Virus record (IMG/VR): IMGVR_UViG_3300020594_000004
Span: 1 to 41,223 of that record
Direction: 5' to 3' (one strand)
DNA length: 41,223 nucleotides
From: a virus
Lineage: Duplodnaviria; Caudoviricetes
Shown: positions 1 through 7,846 of the stretch, piece by piece
Layout: each line of letters opens with the position of its first letter
Numbering within the stretch: the first letter of the stretch is position 1
Program-made: the position numbers and the translations under genes
The notes under the pieces: generated by a model
Seen by the model: the letters and a program-made list of their open reading frames with translations, nothing else
What the model was told of the DNA's origin: nothing
Databases searched by the model: none

Positions 1-84
1 GGCCGGTTCGTCCTATGGCGTGCGCTATTCAGAAGCCGAGGCCATGGAGGCGGCGTATCAGCGGCGTAGGCTCGATCGGTTGGA
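1..84 (+). repeat. Direct repeat of 41021-41104 (81/84 identical)
   Basis: Manual alignment; mismatches only at positions 52, 67 and 68. Confidence 0.95.
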
Positions 85-115
85 GGCTTCCGTGCTCAAG
101 AACCGCGGTTCTTAA
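1..115 (+). CDS. 3' end (partial) of a tail fibre/tailspike chaperone domain, second copy
   Basis: Frame starting at nt 2 reads AGSSYGVRYSEAEAMEAAYQRRRLDRLEASVLKNRGS*; matches the C-terminus of 38580..41144 up to ...LDRLE. Confidence 0.8.
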   Translation, partial: AGSSYGVRYSEAEAMEAAYQRRRLDRLEASVLKNRGS

Positions 116-244
116 GCATTTTGCGGACAAGAACAACGCCCGCCTTCGACGTAGCGACCGAGTGGGGCGCAGCGACAGGCGCTTAGTTTCGCCGCTGCCC
201 GATCGAGACGACCGAACAACTACAACATCGATAGGAGGCCAATC

Positions 245-916
245 ATGGCCAATCCCAACGTGCCAGCCGGCGCGATGCTTCTGCTCGACTTCATCGGCGG
301 CATCGAAGCCCCGAAAGGCTACGGCACCATCTACGGCAACAATCAGGGCAAGCTCACCAAGCCGCTCACCTCGATGTCGTTGGATGAGGTCATTGCTGCC
401 GGCCCGAGCTGGACCAAGGCCTACAAGTCGTCGGCCGCTGGCCGCTACCAGTTCATGAATGCCACTCTCAAGGATCTGAAGAAGTCGCTTGGCCTCACCG
501 GCAAGGAGACGTTCTCGCCCGACCTGCAAGACCGCCTCGCCTATGAACTGCTCAAACGGCGGGGTTGGGCCAGCTACGTGGCCGGCTTCATGAGCCGGGA
601 AACGTTCGGGAAGGCTTTGGCGCAGGAATGGGCTTCGCTGCCGGTTCTGGCCGACACACAGGGCGCCAGCCGCCAGGTGAAGCGTGGCCAGAGCTACTAT
701 GCCGGGGACGGGCTCAACAAGGCCCTGACGTCGCCCGAGAGCGTTGAGGCGATCCTTCTCAAGGCCAAGGATGCGCATGTCGCGCCCAAGCCGGCCACGG
801 CCAATGCCGCGGCGCCTCCCGATCCCGACAAGCCTGCAATCGGCAAGGGCCATGTCCTCGCCTTCATCTTCGCTCTCGCCGCCGCTCTGGCGGCTTTTTT
901 CATCCTGCGCCAATAG
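245..916 (+). CDS. Endolysin, lambda-R-like lysozyme/transglycosylase with C-terminal transmembrane helix
   Basis: SSAAGRYQF, FSPDLQD and QEWASLP motifs; RBS AGGAGG; Pro/Ala linker then hydrophobic tail. Confidence 0.88.
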   Translation: MANPNVPAGAMLLLDFIGGIEAPKGYGTIYGNNQGKLTKPLTSMSLDEVIAAGPSWTKAYKSSAAGRYQFMNATLKDLKKSLGLTGKETFSPDLQDRLAYELLKRRGWASYVAGFMSRETFGKALAQEWASLPVLADTQGASRQVKRGQSYYAGDGLNKALTSPESVEAILLKAKDAHVAPKPATANAAAPPDPDKPAIGKGHVLAFIFALAAALAAFFILRQ

Positions 917-925
917 GAGGCATCA

Positions 926-1273
926 ATGTCGTTGATCGTCAGTTTTCTTACGTCCACCCTCATCAAGTGGCTTCTCCGCCGCATCATGGAACTGGGCGGC
1001 CTGCTCGTCCTGATTGGCGGGCTGATTTCCTCAGTCGATCCCTACGCTCTGGCCAAGCTCTTCGACGTGCTCGGAAAGCTTCTTTCTGGGCGGTTCGAGG
1101 AAGTTTCTGTCGCGGCAGTCATCGGCGGCGCCTCGCTGATCTGGGGGCTGATCTGGAATGCCCGCTCCACCTTCGCGAAGTCGCCCTATGATCTTCCAAC
1201 CCTCGCCAGCCCCGAAGAAGCCGTGGCCGAGGCGGAACGCCAGACCGGCAAGCCGCACGTCTTCAAGCCCTGA
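926..1273 (+). CDS. Holin-like membrane protein
   Basis: Hydrophobic segments; directly after endolysin; RBS AGGAGG. Confidence 0.6.
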   Translation: MSLIVSFLTSTLIKWLLRRIMELGGLLVLIGGLISSVDPYALAKLFDVLGKLLSGRFEEVSVAAVIGGASLIWGLIWNARSTFAKSPYDLPTLASPEEAVAEAERQTGKPHVFKP

Positions 1274-1287
1274 TCGAAAGCATTCCC

Positions 1288-1695
1288 GTGACAGAAAAAG
1301 AGCAGAGCGCCATGCATCTCCCTCAACAGCAAAAGGACGGGTTCACCTGGAACCTAAACACCTTCGTGTCAGTGGGTGGCTTTGCCGTTACCCTCGTGGC
1401 AATCGCGGTCAGCTATGGGCAGTTCGTGGAGCGATCCAAGAACGTCGAGACACGCGTTGACGCCCTGGAGGTTCAGGTGCGCAAGATCGACACCATGGAC
1501 TATCGGTTGACCGCAGCGGAAGCCTTCGGGGTGACGGCCTCACGCTCCCTCGAAGAAATGCGGGCGGCCATCTCGCAGCAATCAGGCGACATCCGCGTTA
1601 TGCGGGAGATATTGCAGCGCCTCGAAAGCCAATCCAAGGCGGCGGTGTTTGATCTGGGGAAAGTGCCTGGCCTGGCACGAGCCTCGGTCGATTAG
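1288..1695 (+). CDS. Lysis-cluster membrane protein (N-terminal TM plus coiled coil)
   Basis: VSVGGFAVTLVAIAVSY TM segment then heptad-rich region; start may be ATG 1312. Confidence 0.6.
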   Translation: MTEKEQSAMHLPQQQKDGFTWNLNTFVSVGGFAVTLVAIAVSYGQFVERSKNVETRVDALEVQVRKIDTMDYRLTAAEAFGVTASRSLEEMRAAISQQSGDIRVMREILQRLESQSKAAVFDLGKVPGLARASVD

Positions 1696-2054
1696 CGGGG
1701 TTGTTTTCGGCTCCTCCTGCGTCTCTTGAGGTGGATCGGGCGGGGAGATGGCGTGTCCGTGCCTTTCATGACATGGAGAGCGCCACCAATTGTTGGCGTA
1801 TCCAGAGCGCTGATGGTGAAGGTGGCGCCGCGGTGTCCGCACTTTTCGCAGATCAACATGCCTGCAAGCAGGTCATGATTCTCCCTCACCGCGAAATCCC
1901 ACCCGAAGCGCTGGACGAGCATGTTCAGGTTAAGGCGCTTCCAATGGGTGCAGATAGGCCAATAGCGCGAGCAGTGCGCCGTTATGACCAAGCCGTGGTC
2001 AATATAGTCGCGTAGCGTGCGGACAACGATATATCCGCGTTCGTCTAAACCCAT
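1692..2054 (-). CDS. Small putative Zn-binding protein with upstream LexA box
   Basis: HC..C.H and CEKC motifs; RBS AGGAGG; basic C-terminal tail. Confidence 0.75.
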   Translation of the reverse strand: MGLDERGYIVVRTLRDYIDHGLVITAHCSRYWPICTHWKRLNLNMLVQRFGWDFAVRENHDLLAGMLICEKCGHRGATFTISALDTPTIGGALHVMKGTDTPSPRPIHLKRRRRSRKQPR

Positions 2055-2089
2055 GATCGCCTCCTACGAGGCGGCGATTCATATTCCGT

Positions 2090-2104
2090 GAACGAAACGG
2101 GAAC
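2090..2104 (-). promoter_or_regulatory. Alphaproteobacterial LexA (SOS) box GTTC-N7-GTTC overlapping a promoter
   Basis: + strand GAACgaaacggGAAC; minus strand CTTGTTC...GTTC followed by a TATGAAT -10-like element, upstream of ATG 2054. Confidence 0.8.
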
Positions 2105-2117
2105 AAGGTATCGAAAT

Positions 2118-2138
2118 CATTGGAGATCTCATTGGAGG
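2118..2138. repeat. Putative integrase arm-type sites, left pair
   Basis: CATTGGAGA at 2118 and CATTGGAGG at 2130, 12-bp period. Confidence 0.7.
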
Positions 2139-2173
2139 GACTGTTTGCCGTGGTCGTAAGTATTTGAAATTAT

Positions 2174-2220
2174 TGGTGGGCCCACCAGGACTCGAACCTG
2201 GAACCAGACCGTTATGAGCG
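2174..2220 (-). other. attP core: 3' half of a tRNA(CAT), probably tRNA-Ile2
   Basis: Minus strand GCTCATAACGGTCTGGTTCCAGGTTCGAGTCCTGGTGGGCCCACCA gives anticodon loop, T-arm and CCA; 5' half absent; next to the integrase stop. Confidence 0.9.
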
Positions 2221-2234
2221 CTGTTGCTTGTCGT

Positions 2235-3473
2235 TTAAGTGATTGATTTATATGCGATATCGGCTTTGGTTATCCGCGCGTGTTCATGTTTGGTTGCGGA
2301 TTTTTCCGATAATTCCATTGGAGAAACCATTGGAGAGGGTTTGGGGCGCTTAAACCCGGCCGCCGCGCCCTTTAGGTAGTCGGGGTGGTGGTGACCATAG
2401 ACGCTACGAAGCGTCTCCTCGCTCATCCCAAGAAAGCCGGCGGCCTCCCAAATATCGACGCCGTTCTGCATCAGCCATGTTGCCGCTGTATGCCGTAGGG
2501 TGTGGGGTGTCACTATTCCGTCGAGCTTCGCCAATTCCACGCCGCGCTCAAATCCCTTGTTGATCGTCGCTACGGGTTTTCCGTTGTACTCCACAAAGTG
2601 GCTCGTCGCGATCTTCCTAGCTTTCCAGCGCTTCATATGGGCCACAAGATGCGGCGGCAGCGGGACAGGCGGCTGCCGTTTGTTGGTTGCCCGCTGACCT
2701 TCTGGCAGTCGATAATAAAGCCCCGCGTCCAGGTCCACCCACGCGCGCCCTTCCTTCCTATAGGGAGATGCAGCCGCAACGGCAGCAGCGCGAGTGCCGG
2801 TATAAAGTGCGATTAGGATGAAGCGAGCGACGTGTTGAAGTGGGGCACGCTTCGTTGGAAGCGCCTTGCCCTTGTCCGGCCCCCGGTGACGCCTCTGCGT
2901 CTCTCGATATCGCCAGCAGACCCAAAGGAGCTTGGCGACCTCGGAGCGGGTCAGCCAACGCTCTCGCGGCCGTCCCTTGGCGGGTAGCGTAACCCGGACG
3001 ACGCCGCGGTGCAGTCCCTCTTTGGCGTGGTGATTGATAGCGGCCCGCAAGTCTTCCAAGTCCCTCCGCGCGCCGCCTGGCGTACCCCTCCAACTGACAT
3101 AATCGCGGCAGGTTTGGCCGTTCACATCAGCGAGAAACTTGGCTCCCCACCATTCATTGAGGCGCTGAATTCGGCCATCAAAGGTGCGTTTGTTAGATTG
3201 TCGATCGCGGCAGTCGGAATCGAAGATCGCGAGGACATCCGCGATCTGTATCGTCTCTATGTCGCGTTCGCGGCGCGTCGGCCTGTATTGCTCGACGTTG
3301 TATTCTGCGAGCGCTCGTTGCGCAGCCTCAACCGCTCCCTCAGCGCATCCTGTGGCGACATGCTTGGTGCCGTCAATGATGATCCAGGCGCCGGCTGAGA
3401 TGCGTTTGCCGGTTTTCTTGTTGAACCTTTCCGGCCGGAACCAGAGGCGCGGGCCTTTCCGAGGACGCGGCAT
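2235..3473 (-). CDS. int: Tyrosine recombinase (phage integrase)
   Basis: LYTGTR, HTLRHTAATW, GFLG and VYGHH catalytic motifs. Confidence 0.96.
   Translation of the reverse strand: MPRPRKGPRLWFRPERFNKKTGKRISAGAWIIIDGTKHVATGCAEGAVEAAQRALAEYNVEQYRPTRRERDIETIQIADVLAIFDSDCRDRQSNKRTFDGRIQRLNEWWGAKFLADVNGQTCRDYVSWRGTPGGARRDLEDLRAAINHHAKEGLHRGVVRVTLPAKGRPRERWLTRSEVAKLLWVCWRYRETQRRHRGPDKGKALPTKRAPLQHVARFILIALYTGTRAAAVAAASPYRKEGRAWVDLDAGLYYRLPEGQRATNKRQPPVPLPPHLVAHMKRWKARKIATSHFVEYNGKPVATINKGFERGVELAKLDGIVTPHTLRHTAATWLMQNGVDIWEAAGFLGMSEETLRSVYGHHHPDYLKGAAAGFKRPKPSPMVSPMELSEKSATKHEHARITKADIAYKSIT
2316..2336. repeat. Putative integrase arm-type sites, right pair (inside int 3' end)
   Basis: CATTGGAGA at 2316 and 2328, same 12-bp period as the left pair. 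Confidence 0.7.
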
Positions 3474-3655
3474 TTCTCTCGCATAACGTTGATGGCGCGA
3501 AGGGTGACGAAGAGCTTCCCGGCGACATATTCGGCTTCAAGATTGCCGCGCCAGATTTCCTTGCGCAATCCACTTACGGTCATCTCCCCGCCGGGGTAGG
3601 CGAGAAGCAGGATATCCTTTAGGCGATAAGGCCGGTCAAGATCCAGTTCGCTCAT
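3257..3655 (-). CDS. Excisionase-like winged-HTH protein overlapping int
   Basis: MTVSGLRKEIWRGNLEAEYVAGKLFVT resembles Xis/MerR-type HTH; position upstream of int. Confidence 0.7.
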   Translation of the reverse strand: MSELDLDRPYRLKDILLLAYPGGEMTVSGLRKEIWRGNLEAEYVAGKLFVTLRAINVMREKCRVLGKARASGSGRKGSTRKPANASQPAPGSSLTAPSMSPQDALRERLRLRNERSQNTTSSNTGRRAANAT

Positions 3656-3942
3656 GCTCCGTCCCTCGCGGCTTGGATCATGGCGCGGAAGACTGTGCCC
3701 ATGTCGGTGAAGATAACGCCAGTGAAGGTGCCGTCATCCTCAAACCACATGCCCTCGTATTTTAGGCCTCCGGCCAGTTCCATGCCGTTCGTCGGCTCCG
3801 TGAGAGCGCCGAGGGCAGCATCAGCCCGCAGTAGGCACATGCGCTGGTATTCTGGCGACTGCTGATCGTATTCCCCTTCGGTATTCTTGAACGGCGTGGC
3901 GTCATACATCGCCCTCGCGATCTTCTCTCGCATGCAGGTCAT
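3652..3942 (-). CDS. Hypothetical phage protein
   Basis: ATGA-coupled to neighbours; REKIARAMY...FRAMIQAA. Confidence 0.65.
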   Translation of the reverse strand: MTCMREKIARAMYDATPFKNTEGEYDQQSPEYQRMCLLRADAALGALTEPTNGMELAGGLKYEGMWFEDDGTFTGVIFTDMGTVFRAMIQAARDGA

Positions 3943-4517
3943 TCCTTGGACCTCGCGGCTTGGAGGGCAGCGCGGTCGCGGATAGCGGCCATGATCTCCT
4001 TGATCGTGGTCCACGGAACCATGATGCGTCGGTAGTCTTCTTCGCCGCCTGCACTGAGCGTGATGCCGAAAGAGAACTCGCCCATATAAGCTGCATTGGT
4101 GTCCACGCTCGGCGTCATCGCCTCCCTCAGCCTCTCGTTCTCGGCAGTGAGCTTCTGCACCTGCTGTTCGGCGTCCTCGGCGCGGTCCTTGAACGTGGTC
4201 GTGACCGTCATTGCGTTGTCGAGTTGCGAAATAATCCCGCCCAAGGTTGGGAGCGGCTGCCACTCAGGCACCGGGTCGCAGTAGCGACCTACATACCCAA
4301 CTAGGAGGTATTCGAGCGATGACGACACTTCATCCCTCTCCCGCGTCAGCCGCTCGATCTGTTCGTCTTTGGATTGGAGAGCGGCGGCGGCTTCCAGCAT
4401 AGTGCGGGCGATGCGATCAGGACTGCCGATAAAATCGACATAGTTGTCGATGTATTCAGCATCCTCCCGCAACCTCTCCACCAGCTCCGCGCGGGATTGC
4501 TTATCGTTGGGCATCAC
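3939..4517 (-). CDS. Hypothetical coiled-coil phage protein
   Basis: ELVERLR...EAAAAL motif typical of early phage ORFs; 4-bp overlaps. Confidence 0.65.
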   Translation of the reverse strand: MMPNDKQSRAELVERLREDAEYIDNYVDFIGSPDRIARTMLEAAAALQSKDEQIERLTRERDEVSSSLEYLLVGYVGRYCDPVPEWQPLPTLGGIISQLDNAMTVTTTFKDRAEDAEQQVQKLTAENERLREAMTPSVDTNAAYMGEFSFGITLSAGGEEDYRRIMVPWTTIKEIMAAIRDRAALQAARSKE

Positions 4518-4717
4518 AAGTACCCCGCAACGATCAGGCCGCGCTCAGAGAGCCGCACCCGCTTCTTGTCGGCATCCTTGTCAATCAGCTCGGGCCGGTC
4601 GAACCGTTCCACGAGTTGCCATAGAATGTCTGAGACCTGCCGCCAGCCATCACCGATGTCTTCGGATCGTTGGACTAGACGCAGGAAGTTGATCTCATCT
4701 CTGGATAGTTCGCTCAT
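4514..4717 (-). CDS. Hypothetical protein
   Basis: Coupled start/stop in the leftward operon. Confidence 0.6.
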   Translation of the reverse strand: MSELSRDEINFLRLVQRSEDIGDGWRQVSDILWQLVERFDRPELIDKDADKKRVRLSERGLIVAGYL

Positions 4718-5451
4718 TCGCCCTCTCCCCTCACAAGAGGCTGGGAAGGGGCAGGGAATTCCACGAGTGTGGTGCTGCCTTCCTCAGGATACTCGGCGCT
4801 TGCGATATTGAGCCCGTAGACCGGGCCGGCGCCAGTGTCGTCTGTCACCTTACCAACCCAGAGAATGCCGCCTTCCTCCGTGTCGCACATGAAGGCGATA
4901 TCCTTGACCGCCGTGGCGTCGAGCTTCATCTGCTCCGGCACCAGCTTCCACCCATCAGGCACGGCCGGCGCGGGAGCCTTGACCAGTGCCGAGCGGTAGA
5001 GAGGGAGGAAATCTGCCTCTATTTCCTCGGGGGCATGAGTGTCGGCGAATTGCTGCTGCCAACCAGACAAGAGGGGGCGGAACTCTGTGGCCTTGATGAC
5101 ATTGCCCGTGGGCTTGTGCAGATAGGCCACCGGCTCTTGCTCCTCTGCGCGGGAGAGGGCGGCGGTGAGGGCCGCGCGTACGTATCCGCGAACTTCTGGC
5201 TCGTCCCAATCCGCCCATTCGCAGGCGGCGACAAAAGCCTCGTATGCTCGTTCCACCATCTCCTCCGTCACCACGGCCTGGTTGTCGCGGCTGTCGGCAG
5301 CGCGACGGTCGCGGAGTTCGGTGATGTTCAGCATATCCCCGACCAGTCCGTCAGCAGTCACCACCGGGTGGGTCTCGGTGCCTCCGATGGAATTGACTTC
5401 GATAGCTGCTTGGATTTTCGCGAGCAGTTCCTCGCCAATGGGGTTGGTCAT
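4714..5451 (-). CDS. Hypothetical mosaic phage protein
   Basis: Start MTNPIG at 5451; VTEEMVERA, QEPVAY and VPDGWKLVP segments typical of lambdoid early mosaic proteins. Confidence 0.65.
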   Translation of the reverse strand: MTNPIGEELLAKIQAAIEVNSIGGTETHPVVTADGLVGDMLNITELRDRRAADSRDNQAVVTEEMVERAYEAFVAACEWADWDEPEVRGYVRAALTAALSRAEEQEPVAYLHKPTGNVIKATEFRPLLSGWQQQFADTHAPEEIEADFLPLYRSALVKAPAPAVPDGWKLVPEQMKLDATAVKDIAFMCDTEEGGILWVGKVTDDTGAGPVYGLNIASAEYPEEGSTTLVEFPAPSQPLVRGEGE

Positions 5452-5633
5452 TTCCCCACCTCCGTCGCAATGGCGGCCGCGTGCAGGGCGCCTTCCGCGA
5501 GGATCAGCCATTTCTTCTTCGTGGACTTGGGCGTCGTCTCCCACGGGGTCAGCCGTTTGCCAGCTTGCATCGTCTCGCGCAGGTAATGGGCTGCCGCGTC
5601 GATGGCCTCGGGCGTTATGGGGTTGGTGCTCAT
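5448..5633 (-). CDS. Hypothetical protein
   Basis: MSTNPITPEAID start with RBS AGGAG; coupled. Confidence 0.6.
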   Translation of the reverse strand: MSTNPITPEAIDAAAHYLRETMQAGKRLTPWETTPKSTKKKWLILAEGALHAAAIATEVGK

Positions 5634-5917
5634 GAGTGGCTCCTGATGGCAGCGGCGATAGAACGGCCGGCAGCGATGCCAAGGCGGTAGTCTCGGTGGC
5701 CATCGGGTCCATCCTCCCATTGGTAGACGCCCCCTTTCCCGAACTTTGACCAGTCGGCATCACGCTCGGCCACCTTCGCGCAACGCTCGCGCTCGGAAAG
5801 GATGGCGCGGGCCTGTTCTGCCCTATAGTCGTCGATGTGGGACGCTGGCACCCAGTCGGGAACCAACGCCTCGGTGCTTCCCCACACGTCGGCAGGGATG
5901 TCGTCAGGCTTCGTCAT
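5630..5917 (-). CDS. Hypothetical protein
   Basis: MTKPDDIPADVW...ERERCAKVAE...IAAAIRS. Confidence 0.6.
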   Translation of the reverse strand: MTKPDDIPADVWGSTEALVPDWVPASHIDDYRAEQARAILSERERCAKVAERDADWSKFGKGGVYQWEDGPDGHRDYRLGIAAGRSIAAAIRSHS

Positions 5918-6305
5918 GGTTCTGCACCTCGATAAGGGCTTGGAGGAGGGCGGCGAGAAGGGCGAGCACTTCGTCCGGCGCATCTGCGGTGAAGTCCCGG
6001 CACGGCTCGTCAGGCTCGGTGAGGCAGGCCCATGGCATATCCTGCTCGCCGCAGGTGCCGCTTGCGCGTTGCCACCCCGGCAGCTTCTCCTCGATCAGCG
6101 CAACTACGGCGTCGAGGTAGGAGGAAACTGGCGACGCAAAAGCTATCTTCCCATTGCGGACTATCACGCCAGGCGGATGGCCCTGTGGGTAACGCAAGGC
6201 TTCTGCGCCATCGATAGCTATAGCTATTGCCGCGTCCAACTCCCGGCTCGGCCCAGTCGCCTCCCTGACCCTATCCAGCAGGGAATGGAGATCGGGGGAG
6301 GTCAT
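5904..6305 (-). CDS. Hypothetical phage protein (possibly ABA-sandwich-like)
   Basis: ATGPSRELDAAIA...SSYLDAVVALIE pattern. Confidence 0.6.
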   Translation of the reverse strand: MTSPDLHSLLDRVREATGPSRELDAAIAIAIDGAEALRYPQGHPPGVIVRNGKIAFASPVSSYLDAVVALIEEKLPGWQRASGTCGEQDMPWACLTEPDEPCRDFTADAPDEVLALLAALLQALIEVQNHDEA

Positions 6306-6688
6306 CAGCGGATATCCAGATCAGGGATGATCACCGAGGGCTTGAAGATGACCCGGTAGTGATAGGCGCTGACGCTCGCGGCTTCCAACTGCTCGACAAA
6401 GTAGGTCACGTTGTCGGACAGCCCTAGGAAGTGCTTCTTGTACGCGCCCGGTCCGGTCTTGCAGGTGATTGACACCTCGCGCGCCTTATCCGCATTGCCG
6501 AGGGAGCACAGTCCTTCGATCGACAACATGTAGTCGCCGGTGATGCCGTTGTAGAACACTACCCTGCGGCTGATTTCAAACTGGTCGGCCGCTTTCGACA
6601 GGTTGCGTGAGGCAACGTCTGCGTCGCTACATGCCGCCAAAGAGGCGAGCATTGCGACAGCCGCCGTGAGCTTAATTGCCTTGGTCAT
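6305..6688 (-). CDS. Phage lipoprotein
   Basis: Signal peptide and lipobox LAAC; ADVASRNLSKAADQFEISRRVVFYNGITG. Confidence 0.8.
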   Translation of the reverse strand: MTKAIKLTAAVAMLASLAACSDADVASRNLSKAADQFEISRRVVFYNGITGDYMLSIEGLCSLGNADKAREVSITCKTGPGAYKKHFLGLSDNVTYFVEQLEAASVSAYHYRVIFKPSVIIPDLDIR

Positions 6689-6689
6689 C

Positions 6690-7079
6690 TCATTCCTCTC
6701 CAAATCCGATGCGAACGCCCTTAGCTGGCGCGCGTGTTGCGGTGTGTTGGTGGTTGCCATTGCCGAAGGGGCGGGAAGGCCATTTCGGCTTCCGGCGGCC
6801 ATCCCATCCCTTGGTGACAAGCCGGTCGCGCTTGGCCTTCGCCGCGGCGTCGGCAGCATCCTTCTTGGCCTTGCACTTGGTATGGGCAGGGCGGCAGTTC
6901 GCATCATCGTCAGCACCGCCAAGGCTCAGGGCCTCGATATGTTCGATGAAGTAGGATTGCCCGTTGAAGATCTTGTTGCCGCACAGGCAGCAGACGCCGT
7001 TGGCTTCGAGGAAGATGCGTGCGGCGCGGGCTTTGGTCATGCTCCGGCGCTTCGTGGGGGCGATGAACTGGAGGGTCAT
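6690..7079 (-). CDS. HNH endonuclease
   Basis: CCLCG...EHIEALSLGG.DDDANCRPAHTKC. Confidence 0.8.
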   Translation of the reverse strand: MTLQFIAPTKRRSMTKARAARIFLEANGVCCLCGNKIFNGQSYFIEHIEALSLGGADDDANCRPAHTKCKAKKDAADAAAKAKRDRLVTKGWDGRRKPKWPSRPFGNGNHQHTATRAPAKGVRIGFGEE

Positions 7080-7597
7080 GCTGCCATCCCCGTAGCCTTC
7101 GCCAGCTCTGCCGGCGCGACATCGAGAAGGCTGCTGATGAACTCCAGAACCGCCGTCTTGCTGGCCTGGAACTCCACAGCATCCATAGCCTTCCGAGACT
7201 GGCTCTTGGCCGTGTAGCGGATGACTACGGGACCACGCACGACGACGAGCGAGAATTCGTCCAGCGGGCGCAGGTTCGCCGCCCAGCGCATTGCCTCTGC
7301 ATGGGAGCCGCAGGCATAGGTCTGGCTGTCGCAGAAGCCAGAACGGATCAGCGCGTACTTGCGAAGATGCTCTGGGCTCTGCGCCCAAGCTTCATCGGCA
7401 TATCGCTCTGGCAGGTTCGCCCATGCCTCATGCAGCACGGCGAATTCGTGATTGTGGGTTTTGGTGGAGCGCTGCTTTTCCTCAACCAGCACATAGCGTT
7501 CGCCAACGACGAACTCGCGATCCGCGTTGCGGGCGTGAAACTGGGTCGACGGCATCATGGCTTCGCCATCCCAGATGAAGGATATTGGCGCGCTCAT
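7076..7597 (-). CDS. Recombination accessory protein, possibly NinB/Orf-like
   Basis: QRSTKTHNHEFAVLHEAW and SQSRKAMD..EF patterns; position next to exonuclease and HNH. Confidence 0.5.
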   Translation of the reverse strand: MSAPISFIWDGEAMMPSTQFHARNADREFVVGERYVLVEEKQRSTKTHNHEFAVLHEAWANLPERYADEAWAQSPEHLRKYALIRSGFCDSQTYACGSHAEAMRWAANLRPLDEFSLVVVRGPVVIRYTAKSQSRKAMDAVEFQASKTAVLEFISSLLDVAPAELAKATGMAA

Positions 7598-7779
7598 GCC
7601 ATCAGCCTCCGGGCCAGTTCGACCGTTCGGCGCTCGACGTGATCCAGCAAAATGCGCCGCTCGGTATCCGGTGCATGCTCTGCGGCCATCATCGCCTCAA
7701 CATCGCGGGCGATATCGCTCAGCGCCTCAAGGCTGTTCGCCCTGTTGACCTTCTCGATGTAGACTTCGGTGTCGGTCAC
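7594..7779 (-). CDS. Hypothetical protein
   Basis: 61-aa ORF coupled to the downstream gene. Confidence 0.5.
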   Translation of the reverse strand: MTDTEVYIEKVNRANSLEALSDIARDVEAMMAAEHAPDTERRILLDHVERRTVELARRLMA

Positions 7780-7846
7780 GATTTATCCGGCTGGCTTTCT
7801 GCTGGCGGAACAGCGTTGGGCCAGCCGGCCCCTTTCGGTGGAACTG

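Noticed and set aside
1-84. DGR template/variable repeat pair with 41021-41104
   Set aside because: No reverse transcriptase in the window; the mismatches are synonymous and not adenine-specific
2174-2220. Functional phage tRNA gene
   Set aside because: The 5' half (acceptor 5' strand and D-arm) is missing; it is an att core
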